From Octopus sinensis (lineage: Eukaryota), in assembly GCF_006345805.1 (NCBI RefSeq), contig NC_043013.1, positions 58,528,001-58,592,000 of the forward strand: a stretch of DNA of 64,000 bases, given 5' to 3'. Below the pieces are notes generated by a model. That model was not told where the DNA came from, searched no databases, and saw only the letters and a program-made list of their open reading frames with translations. This document shows, one piece after another, positions 53,731-64,000 of the stretch (position 1 is its first letter; each line of letters opens with the position of its first letter). Position numbers and translations under genes: made by a program.

Positions 53731-54237
53731 CTAAATATATAACATATGATATTTTATGTAGGTATGTGCATGATCTGTGTGTGTGAGTGTGTGTGTGTGT
53801 GTGCGTGTGCGTATGTGTGTGTGATTGGGTTTGTATTGCAGTGACAATAAAACTATATTTATTAGATCTCAACTTAATATATATGACATTAAAACAAGCG
53901 ACGAAGCAAACAAGTATTTGGAAAATTTTCCTGGTGTAAAATATCGCTTTTCAGATTTATATGAAACCATAACTTTTAAAACATTATAAACTCTCCATTA
54001 CATTTTAGTTTTTATTTATTCTATTTCACATTTTGTTGGCAATTATCGTTTGGTCGCTTTTCACATTTGAAGCTTTTTAAATATTTCGGCTACCTTTTAT
54101 TTTCTTTGTAATTTATTATAAAGCTATATTTGTCCATAACAGAGGTCAAATAATTTTCGTACACACACACGGCTTTGTTGGAGATGAAATTCTGAGTATA
54201 TTTGGGAGGCGGAAACTGAAAGACACTCGTCACATTC

Positions 54238-54294
<57 letters not shown>

Positions 54295-54454
54295 AATTTG
54301 AAAATGTAGGAACAAATTCATTTCAATCATCAACTTACAGATATTACCATTTCATATTATTTATTAACTATATAAATAGGAGCATCCAAATCGAACAAAA
54401 CAATATACATCAATATGCAAGATAATAATACCACAAGAATAATACACATAAAAT

Positions 54455-54590
54455 GGTCCTTACAACTGTTTCGGCCTATAGATAAAAGTATCTCATTCTG
54501 CCTATATTAGTCAGATGTATTGAGGTAATATGCAGTTAAAAATGAATTACTTATATATATATATATATCTCAAGGCCTCGTCAGAGATTA
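54455..54590 (-). ncRNA. Degenerate hammerhead motif with expanded stem II loop
   Basis: Minus strand: CTGACGA-ggcct...~90 nt...aggcc-GAAA-c-agtt-GTA. Stem I has only ~3 bp. Confidence 0.55.
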
Positions 54591-54777
54591 CATAGTACAA
54601 TTATAAAAATGTAAATATAAATATGAAACAAAATACACATACAATAGGATATATATATATATACACATAAGTGTATATACATATATATAAGTATACATAC
54701 ACATAAGGTTACAGATAATTAATTATTTATACTGGAATATACCTATGCATCCACATCAATGGGTACATATACAATAT

Positions 54778-54808
<31 letters not shown>

Positions 54809-55381
54809 CATTATTATTATATTATAATAATATCAACATTAGACTGTGCATTCTGCTATTCACAATACATAGTAAATGAAAAATACAACATAGTATATAA
54901 TATAATATAATATAATATATAGACAGATGTTTATGAAAGATGCAAGCACTGTCAGTATATTCATATATCATACAGTCAAAATCGAAACTTCAGTCTTATT
55001 CTGCATATATATATATACAGGTAACAAACACATACATATGCATATACATACATACGCATAAACATACACTAATACATATAAAGAATTTTTTTTTCCTTTT
55101 CATATGTATATACGTACGAATAGTTCACAGACCAAGAGATAAGAGATAGGCCATTACTAGCTATGCTTACGTTATTATTAATATAATATTTCAGTGGTTA
55201 AAAATCTTACGGGGGTAGGGGAGACATTATTTTCAATACTAAGCTAAATCTAATTGGTTAACACATTTGAATTTCTTTGTCTTAGTTACGGTTGGTTGAT
55301 TAAAATAGACATACATACATACATACGCACACACCCACATACACATATATATATATATATACATACATACATATATATATA

Positions 55382-55430
<49 letters not shown>

Positions 55431-55436
55431 CATATG

Positions 55437-55498
<62 letters not shown>

Positions 55499-56329
55499 GC
55501 AATAAACTAATAAAATAATAATATAACAAACCATTTAAAGTGAAAACTATGCGATTTCTTAATATATATTAAGTGGCCTAAAAGGGTATTATACGTTAGA
55601 ATTACATATTTGGCAAAAGTTGGGAAAGATTTTAGAAAAAACTAGATATAGAAAGTTTGAATTACATATTTGGCAAAATTTTGGGGGAAAAAATTAGAAG
55701 AAACTTTCGAAAGATACAAAATCATATTCACCGTGTAAATAAAACGTTAATATAATGTAAATCCTTAAATTCACTTTTACACTTTTCCAATTAAATTCGT
55801 TTATTATCTACACTTGCAAATGTTAAGTTATATTAAATACCGTAATAAAAACAAAATTTACTGTATCTGACCATATTTTTTCTTCTTGTTTATGTTTAAG
55901 ACCATATAAATCATAAATATATTTACGATGTCTATCCATGTTAATTAGTGTGAATACTGTAGAAAACAATATACAATTTTATTGTTACTTAATTAACCAA
56001 CTATTCATATTTTACTTCGGCATTAATATCTATCTAACATTCATATATATCTAACATTCATATATTTGTTTACCGATACATATAATAGTTATTTATTATT
56101 TATCATAGGTTATCCATTATCATATCTATATACCCTTATATATAATAGGTATTTATTATCAATCTTAGGCTATACAAGTATATCCCCGTACTTAACTAAA
56201 TGTTAGATCAAAACCATTAATATCGAGATGGACCAAATAAGTAATTGACTAAACAAACAAATATTTAGTCTAACCGTTACTTATAAACCCTTATAAATAC
56301 AACACATACCCTAATCGAATATAGGTTGA

Positions 56330-56677
56330 AGTACACAAATATATATACATGTGCATATACATATATACACACGTAAACGTACATAAATATATACATGCAC
56401 ACCTGCATACATATACAGTCATATAGATAGCCACACATTGGCATAAGATACATATATATATACATATAAATACTCATGGATGTACATACACACATACATA
56501 TATACATACATATATTTATATGCCCACATATAAATATACATACACACACGTACACATATATATACATACACATATATACACTTATATATACATACATATA
56601 TAAATACATACATACACACGCACACATATATACATACACACGTATATATAAATATACATACACATACTCACACATAT

Positions 56678-56743
<66 letters not shown>

Positions 56744-57720
56744 TCATTACATACATACACACTACTTAAATAGATATATATAAATATCTGCGTACATACA
56801 AACACACTTCTTAAATAGATCTAAATACATATCTGTATGTACACACATATACATATATTTATCGGCACACATACATACACGCACATATACATACACACAC
56901 TTATATATCTCTATATATATACATACACACATACACACACATATATACACACGCAACATAAATATACATTCATATACCCACATAACACTCCTCAAACATA
57001 CATATATACATATCTGTATGTACACACATATACATTCATTCATCAGCCCACACATATACACACACATATATACACACATAACTATACATACATGCGCGCA
57101 CACACACATAAACATACGTACATACATATACACACAAGTATATATATATATACACAAAAGTATGTACATATACACATACGCACCTATACATATGCATACA
57201 TACACACAAGTACACACATATATGCGCGTGCACACATACATGTGCCCATAAATACAAGTGCATACACGCATGTACACACACATGCACATGTGCACACACA
57301 TACACATGTGCACACACTAACACACATGCGCGCATACATGCGCTCACATACCCATGCACACTCATACACGTATGCATGCACATAAATACATGTAAGCACA
57401 TATACACATGCATGCACACATACACATATACATATGCATACATGCAAAAATATACATGCACACACCCATATACGCATATACACGCATGCATACACATGCA
57501 CATACACATACATGCATACATACACATACACATATGCACACATACACACATATATGTAATAATAAATTAACAACTACCAGTAAATAAAAAATTACAAATA
57601 AGCACATACATACAGAAAAACAACATAATACCAAAGACCACCATGTGGATTCATACAAAAAACCTTCATGAAAAATAAATATATATAAGTATATATGCAC
57701 ACCCATATGCATGTATACAC
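56330..57720. repeat. ~1.4 kb degenerate (AC/AT/GC) dinucleotide mosaic
   Basis: Direct reading; it is the source of many HTHI/CVCM pseudo-ORFs. Confidence 0.9.
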
Positions 57721-58029
57721 ACGCACCTATCCAATAGTGATCACAATGTGTTTAGTATATTGACCCATACCATGTACACAACAATACACCGAAGTCCAAA
57801 ACTGAATGCATATCATATACATAAAAAGACCAGTTGAAAATTAGTTATATATCAATATACACATAAAAAACAACTTCTATCATAATATATAAATAAATAA
57901 ATAAATACACTAACATTCAAATACAAAACACTTATACATAGATATACAAAAATAGTATGCCCATAATTTATGGCAGATTAGTATAGATAAATACAGTAAA
58001 TAAGCCTTTAACAACTATTTAAGTCTTTT

Positions 58030-58520
58030 AAAAAATACTATTTAGAACCGAATGTTATTTGAATCTAGAGAAAGTATACGCTAGTCTATGAAGGCATGAT
58101 CCATTTCGTTCCTTAAGATTGTTGATAATAGGTAAATTAACCTTGATCATAAAGAAAATTTCATTAATGCATAATGAGCATTTCCTATTTCTATTATTAT
58201 ACGCTGGTGCAGATGTATTTTCCATTGTAAATTATAATTGATATTTTTGTTCTTAAGCTCCCAAATATATGCACTTAACCTTGTTGGATTAATCCTATTC
58301 TTATTCCTAAAAGTGTATCTATGATAGCTAATAAATAATATGAAATGGTAATATCTGTAAGTTGATGATTGAAATGAATTTGTTCCTCCATTTTCTTATT
58401 TGTACTATGAATTTACGGTAAAATATTTTACCTTCGCCCATCCGATACAATAAATAAATTAATTGCATTGCAATTATAAGCATTTATGTATTTGGCATTT
58501 GGGTGCTTCACCAGTAGTAT
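58030..58520 (-). mobile_element. PLE C-terminal (GIY-YIG-associated) endonuclease remnant
   Basis: HRYTFRNKNRINPTRLSAYIWELKNKNINYNLQWKI/SAPAYNNRNRKCSLCINEIFF. This matches the T.LS.YIW.LK...WKI...Y...C.LC..E pattern at the C-terminus of PLE endonucleases. Confidence 0.6.
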
Positions 58521-58586
58521 ATTGGATAACTGATATCCCATAGTGGGTTACCTTCATAACCCCTATCTTACTTTGTACTATATATA

Positions 58587-58635
<49 letters not shown>

Positions 58636-58669
58636 CACACATGTATATATATATTTGTATGTGTTTGTC

Positions 58670-58812
58670 TTCGTATATGTGTTTGTCCATCCACCATCGC
58701 ATGAGAACTGATGATGGTGTGTTTGTCCTCGCGCCGTACTGATCCGGCAAAAAGAGCGATGGAATAAGTACTAGGCTTACAAATAATAAGTCCTGGAGTC
58801 GATTTCTTCAAC
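58670..58812 (+). mobile_element. SINE family A, 3' fragment
   Basis: gatggtgtgtttgtcc...gaataagtactaggcttacaaataataagtcctggagtcgatt matches the family A tail. Confidence 0.65.
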
Positions 58813-58817
58813 TAATA

Positions 58818-59142
58818 TGGCTCAGTGGTTAGAGTGTCGGGCTTATGATCTTGAAGTTGTGAGTTCGAATCACGGACCGGGCTGTGTGTGGTGTTCTTGA
58901 GCAAAACACTTTATTTCCCATTGCTCCAGATCACTCAGCTGTAGAAATGAGTTGTGACGTCACTTGTTCTAAGCTGTATTGGCCTTTGCCTTTCCCTTGG
59001 ATAACATCGGTGGCGTAGAGAGGGGAGGCCAGTACGCATGGGCGGCTACTGGTCTTCCATAAATAACCTTGCCCGGATTTGTGCCTGGGATGGTAACTTT
59101 CTAGGTGCAATCCCATGGTCAGTCATGACCGAAGAGGATCTC
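58818..59142 (+). mobile_element. tRNA-derived SINE, family B
   Basis: A-box tggctcagtggtt and B-box gagttcgaatc; the body is shared with 1030-1310. Confidence 0.8.
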
Positions 59143-59963
59143 ACATAAATATATGTGTGTGCATATATATATATATACATATATCTGTATATATTTATAT
59201 ATCTATATATATACATACATATATATCTACTCATATACACACATATAATTCTACACACATACATACAGATATATATATATATATACCTGTGTAACAATCT
59301 CGAGAGAATATTCTAGTTAGTGACAATAATTGTAAAAGTTCACCTCTGCATTATGAATTAGATCACCCGACCTAACGATGTATGTGTTTCTGCACTGTTT
59401 CTCTTCATCAGATACAGAAACAGATTGCATTGTCCATAATCAACCGAGGAACAGCTGACTTCGTACTTAAGCAGTAAATTACATTTACTGATGGGTGCTG
59501 AGATTGGAGATGCGGTAATACTTTCACTAGAGGCTAATGGATTAACGTTGATTGAAATACAGGTGTCTACAGCTACATTAATCACGTTCGTATTCACTCA
59601 GACGTGAAAAGTCCTTCTCTGCGAAAATCTCACGTGAAAAAAAAAACTTGCAGACAATATATGTGAAAGCACACCGCCAGATATTGATTAATGAGAACGC
59701 GGGATTAGAAAGAAGAAAAATTCTGCAATACATAACGGAGAGCCGAAGCACTGGAATAAGTTCCAAAGCGTTTTGAATAATCATGATCGGTTTAGTGCTT
59801 CTGTTTCTTCAGATATGTAATCTAAAGAATTAAAACCCTGAAAGTGATAGTTAGGCCACGGCTCATGAGCTGAAACTAGATCAAATCAAAATCAAATAAT
59901 ATATATATATATACACACACATGCATATATATATATGTGTGTTGTGTGTGTGTGTGTGTGTGT

Positions 59964-60002
<39 letters not shown>

Positions 60003-60095
60003 ATAAAGACATATATATATATAGATGTATATATAGATATGTATGTATGTATATTTATATATATAGAAATCTAGATATAGATGTATATAGATATG

Positions 60096-60184
<89 letters not shown>

Positions 60185-60351
60185 GTACGTAAATATATAG
60201 ATATACATATGTAAATAGAAAAACGTATATATACATAAAAAACTTAGATAAAAACTTAGATATGTTTCGACCAGAGATTGGTCCAGGCCATGTCTAACTT
60301 AATAGCACCACCTGATAGGATTATTCGAATCCTGTTTAAGTCAAGTTTTTT

Positions 60352-63300
60352 TCAAGTAGTGAGTTCTTGTTGGGTGAGTTGTATCCAGTTTTGTTCAAGT
60401 AGTGAGTTCTTGTTGGGTGAGTTGTATCCAATTATGGGTGGCTTATCTGGTATTCTTTGAAGGAATCTATCCAGACTCTGTTTAAAGTTGATGGGATCCT
60501 TTTCCTCTTTGATCTCCCTCGGGACAATGTTAAATAGGGCAGGGCCTGTTGAGGAAAAGAAATTATGTTGCAGTGTACATGTATGTTGTGATCTTGAATT
60601 TGGCAGGGGACGCATAGCCCGTGGTCCAAGTCTTGGATGGACCTTGAAGCTAATGTTTAGGTCGTTTGGACAAAGTTGGCGGTATATTTTCCACATCGTA
60701 CAAATGATGTACCGCTCACGGCGACGCTGGAGGGAGTAAAGTTTCAAGGTTTTAAGGCGATCCCAATAATCGAGAGCAGCCATGCCTTCAATTTGTTTAG
60801 TGAGAGCCCTCTGGGGTGACTCAATTCTGGAGATGTTTTGTCTTGTGTGAGGAGACCACAGTGGGCAGCAGTATTCAAGGTGTGGCCGTACAAAGGAGGA
60901 AAAAAGTGGTATGATGACACCTTGTTCTCTGGACCGGAAAGTTCTTAAGATCCAGGAACTCATCCTACGAGCTATATCAACCTTCTTGTTGATGTGTGCA
61001 CTCCAACTGAGATCGTCATCAACAATTACACCCAGGTCTCTGATATTGTTAGAGGCTGTGAGCGGTTCCCCTGAAGGAAGAGAGTATGGTTGTTTTAGTG
61101 AGGAATTTCTTCCAAAATGCATCAGCTCAAATTTTCCCTCATTCAGTTGCATTTTGTTTCTGTCTGCCCATTGACTCACAGCATATAGATCAGACTGGAG
61201 TTGAGTTCGGTCTGCTTCTTCATTGACGATTTGCTGGAGCTTAGTGTCATCAGCGAATATTTTCACTTTGCAGTGATGTACGACACTGGAAAGGTCGTTT
61301 ACGTAAATTATGAAGAGTAGCGGACCCAAAACAGTTCCCTGGGGAACACCGCTGGTGACTTTTGCTGGGTTTGAGTGGACTCCATCAACTACAACATGTT
61401 GCGTTCTTTTCGCCAGGAAATACTTAATCCAGTGTAGAACTTTTCCACGGATTCCAACATTTTCCAATTTCGAGAGTAGGATGTTATGGTCTACCCTGTC
61501 GAACGCTTTACTGAAGTCAAGATATATGACGTCAGAGTTCGATCCTGTTCCCAAGGCTTTGAGTACATCTTCAATGTGGTGTAAGAGCTGTGTTAGACAG
61601 TCCCTGCCACAGCGAAAGCCATGCTGATTTGAATTTAGGAGTTTGTGGGTCTCCAGGAAGTCAGCTATCCTTGATCTTAACACTCTTTCAAACACTTTAA
61701 TGATGTGGGAGGTGAGTGAGATTGGGCGATAGTTGAGTGCGAGGGATCTGTTTCCCTGTTTGAAAACCGGGATGACCGACTGGGATAGAAACTGTTTCGG
61801 TATATAACCTGCGTCTAACGAGTTTCTCCAGAGGTTGGTCAGAGGGACTGCAAGTTGATATCTACATTCCTTCAGGAGACTAGCGGGAAATCTATCAGGG
61901 CCTACAGCAGAGTAATGTTTGACCTCATTTATTGCTGCTACGATGTCGGTGGCAGTGAAGGTTATGTCTGCGATTTTGTGTTGGGAGTCAACTTCGTTCG
62001 TTTCCTTCACGTCAATATCAGTGGGAACACTGAAGACAGAGCAGTATTGTTTCTGCAGTATTTCTGCCATTTCTTTAGCATCGTGTTGAGGAAAGCCGTT
62101 ATCATCAATCAATGGCCCAATGGGTGAGACAGTGGTTCTATGCTTATTTGCATAAGAATAGAACACTTTTGGGTTCTGTTTGATGTTTTTGATTACCCAT
62201 TGTTCCTCCACAGCTCTTTGATTTTCAATGGAGGTTTTCATGTTAGTCTGCAGATGAAGTTTTTCCAGCTCTAGTCTTTTCATTGTTGTTGAATGTGGAT
62301 GTTGTGTGTGGGAATATTTTAATTGGTTGATTTTTTTGTTGAGTCTTTTGATGCGCCTGATGAGTGTTTTTTTCTTTTTAGGGAGCCGGTTTCTGTTTGT
62401 GTTAGTAGATTTCTTGGGAGCGTGTTTAGAGCATGTATAGGTGACAATGTTTTCAAAGTGCTGCCACGCGGTCTCAATATGAGGGGAATTGAGAGTAAAA
62501 GACCAGTCGATTGAAGACAGATCCTTTCTGATTGTTCCCCAGTCCGCTTTGTGGAAGTTTATGTTGTCAAATGGGTGCCATGGAGTGGGATTGGCTGGTT
62601 TGGTTTTTATATGTCGGGAATTAAGATTGCAGAGTACCATGTCGTGGTCTGAGAGGAGAGTTTTTTCGACTGAAATGCTGTGAACGTAGCTAGAGTGATT
62701 GGTCAATACCAGATCCAAGATAGTTTTATTCTGTCTCGTTGGTTCAAGCACTAGCTGAGTCAGGAAATACTCATCCATCAGATTAGAGAGCAGTTCTGCT
62801 GCTGCCCTATCTGATGTAGAGCACTTGCCTAACTTCGGAGTATTTGTGGGCCAGTTCACATGAGGGAGGTTAAAATCACCCATCACTAGTATGTTTCCGG
62901 AGTGGTACTTCCGAAGGAAGGACTTGACTTTGCTAAGGCACTCTTCAAAGTACTTTAGAGGTGCCTGGGGAGGCCTGTAAAGACCAACAATGGTTATGTC
63001 CTTGGCTTTGTTGTATAGTGATACCGATTCACAGTAGCCATTGGAAAATGTGTCCTTGGCATCAAGTGAAAAGGAGTCATGGATAAAGATGGCTGTCCCT
63101 CCCTTATTTCGGTCTGTGCGATCCGCACGAACAATGGTGAAATCTTTTATTTTCACCTCTGCATCCATATGGGTGTTGTTCAGGTGAGTCTCGGTAAGGA
63201 TAAAAAAAGGGAAGCAATGTGCCATTTCGGCAAGCCAACTCTCTATATATGGGATCTTCCATTTTGGGGCAATAATTGATGGGTTGATGCCACGTACATC

Positions 63301-63360
63301 TAACAGGAATGTCGAGGTAACGGAAGTTGGTAATGGGTGAGTGGTCCTTGTGATTTGCAT
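60352..63360 (-). CDS. LINE ORF2 protein, APE endonuclease + reverse transcriptase, 1002 aa, uninterrupted
   Basis: APE motifs LTETHL, YRPP, MGDFNLP, LDLVLTN, LSDH. RT motifs YRPISLTS, YLDFSKAFD, GVPQGTVLGP, FADDT. C-terminal YSLQRRRERY. Confidence 0.95.
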   Translation of the reverse strand: MQITRTTHPLPTSVTSTFLLDVRGINPSIIAPKWKIPYIESWLAEMAHCFPFFILTETHLNNTHMDAEVKIKDFTIVRADRTDRNKGGTAIFIHDSFSLDAKDTFSNGYCESVSLYNKAKDITIVGLYRPPQAPLKYFEECLSKVKSFLRKYHSGNILVMGDFNLPHVNWPTNTPKLGKCSTSDRAAAELLSNLMDEYFLTQLVLEPTRQNKTILDLVLTNHSSYVHSISVEKTLLSDHDMVLCNLNSRHIKTKPANPTPWHPFDNINFHKADWGTIRKDLSSIDWSFTLNSPHIETAWQHFENIVTYTCSKHAPKKSTNTNRNRLPKKKKTLIRRIKRLNKKINQLKYSHTQHPHSTTMKRLELEKLHLQTNMKTSIENQRAVEEQWVIKNIKQNPKVFYSYANKHRTTVSPIGPLIDDNGFPQHDAKEMAEILQKQYCSVFSVPTDIDVKETNEVDSQHKIADITFTATDIVAAINEVKHYSAVGPDRFPASLLKECRYQLAVPLTNLWRNSLDAGYIPKQFLSQSVIPVFKQGNRSLALNYRPISLTSHIIKVFERVLRSRIADFLETHKLLNSNQHGFRCGRDCLTQLLHHIEDVLKALGTGSNSDVIYLDFSKAFDRVDHNILLSKLENVGIRGKVLHWIKYFLAKRTQHVVVDGVHSNPAKVTSGVPQGTVLGPLLFIIYVNDLSSVVHHCKVKIFADDTKLQQIVNEEADRTQLQSDLYAVSQWADRNKMQLNEGKFELMHFGRNSSLKQPYSLPSGEPLTASNNIRDLGVIVDDDLSWSAHINKKVDIARRMSSWILRTFRSREQGVIIPLFSSFVRPHLEYCCPLWSPHTRQNISRIESPQRALTKQIEGMAALDYWDRLKTLKLYSLQRRRERYIICTMWKIYRQLCPNDLNISFKVHPRLGPRAMRPLPNSRSQHTCTLQHNFFSSTGPALFNIVPREIKEEKDPINFKQSLDRFLQRIPDKPPIIGYNSPNKNSLLEQNWIQLTQQELTT

Positions 63361-63389
63361 AGATGGTTGGTGATGGCTCGCTGGATCTC

Positions 63390-63755
63390 CTAGCTTAGGT
63401 CGGCCTTCATATTTTCCAGGTATGTCAGTAAAAAAGAGTTGTTTGTTTGGTTTGCCACTTGGTCAGAGGATACATATTTCAAGTTGGCGTTATTTGGTGT
63501 TTTTTCATGGTTCTGTCTACGTTGTTTGATTGTAGGAGGGGAGACGTGGTTGTATTTTGTTCTTGTTGTTGTCCTAGATTTCCTCTGTTCCTGTTTATAT
63601 CTATTCTGTGATCGTTTTGTGCCCTTCAGATGGTGGTGGTTGCATTCTGGGTTCAGGCACATCCTTTGTGAGACAGAAGTTTGGCACAGTTTAGGATGGA
63701 ATAAGGTGCATCCATTGCCTCTTATGCATCCGTATTTAGGATCAGAACCATATGT
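63390..63755 (-). pseudogene. LINE ORF1 C-terminal fragment with Cys/His (CCCH-like) motifs
   Basis: GCIRGNGCTLFHPKLC...RMCLNPECNHHHLKGTKR. The ORF-track N-terminus (63756-63899) runs through microsatellite and unrelated DNA. Confidence 0.7.
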
Positions 63756-64000
63756 ATATATAATAATATAAATAATACATATACTCGTGTGTATATATAT
63801 ATATATGCATATATGAGTACAGGACGTCACCGACTGTGTAAACAACATGAAATACGAAAACAAATGAGTGAGGGCTATATCACTTGCATGATGTTGCAAG
63901 ATATTCCATCAGCATTGCACAAGTGATGTTACTATACCTTCCAGATACACCCAAAACTTGGGTCCCATGCTACCCAACCACAACATAAATCATTCTCGCA

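Larger units (their letters stand above)
60240..63755 (-). mobile_element. Young CR1/L2-group LINE, 5'-truncated within ORF1
   Basis: ORF1 C-terminus, a 29-nt spacer, an intact ORF2, and a short 3' UTR with stem-loop gacca-atctc-tggtc and (tctaagtttt) tail repeats. Both ends abut AT-rich microsatellite. Confidence 0.9.

Noticed and set aside
56277-57712. Long ORFs of 100-180 aa with YI/HT/CV repeats (also at 3948, 14209-14731, 38137, 43229, 55239, 59892)
   Set aside because: Translations of microsatellites.
50690-58570. Mitochondrial insertion (NUMT), suggested by the AT-richness
   Set aside because: No recognisable rRNA, tRNA or OXPHOS motifs. The parts I could read are a diverged tandem repeat and PLE remnants.
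58818-58885. tRNA gene (also at 5210, 47575, 50256)
   Set aside because: A/B boxes are present, but there is no full cloverleaf and each continues into a SINE body.
59340-59800. Possible host exon (pyrimidine tract + AG near 59416; ORFs 59358-59597 and 59578-59784)
   Set aside because: Stops occur in the candidate frames and no protein motif is recognisable.
60255-60295. Hammerhead at the LINE 3' end (minus-strand ...tggtcGAAAcatat)
   Set aside because: There is no CUGANGA core; it is better explained as a LINE 3' stem-loop.
63756-63899. N-terminus of the 169-aa ORF 63390-63899 as real ORF1
   Set aside because: It reads through an AT microsatellite into unrelated sequence; the ATG is fortuitous.

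Overview
Repeat-saturated animal genomic DNA. The SINE families and the extreme (AT)n/(AC)n/(AAT)n density suggest a coleoid cephalopod such as Octopus; this is an inference, not a database match. No intact host gene is recognisable. The window is a mosaic of mobile elements: (i) an ~8.6 kb Penelope-like (PLE) complex at 5652-14273, built as inverted pLTR, pLTR, RT ORF, hybrid pLTR, RT ORF, pLTR; (ii) several PLE-type hammerhead ribozyme motifs, including two complete ones in a 203-bp inverted repeat at 47904-48689; (iii) a 5'-truncated CR1/L2-group LINE with an uninterrupted 1002-aa APE+RT ORF2 (60352-63360, minus); (iv) a disrupted CR1-like LINE (25660-29442); (v) five R4/Dong-like LINE fragments; (vi) two Helitron ends, two mariner fragments and many tRNA-derived SINEs. 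Most short ORFs in the track are microsatellite artefacts. All alignments and translations were done by eye, and boundaries are approximate unless a motif is quoted.
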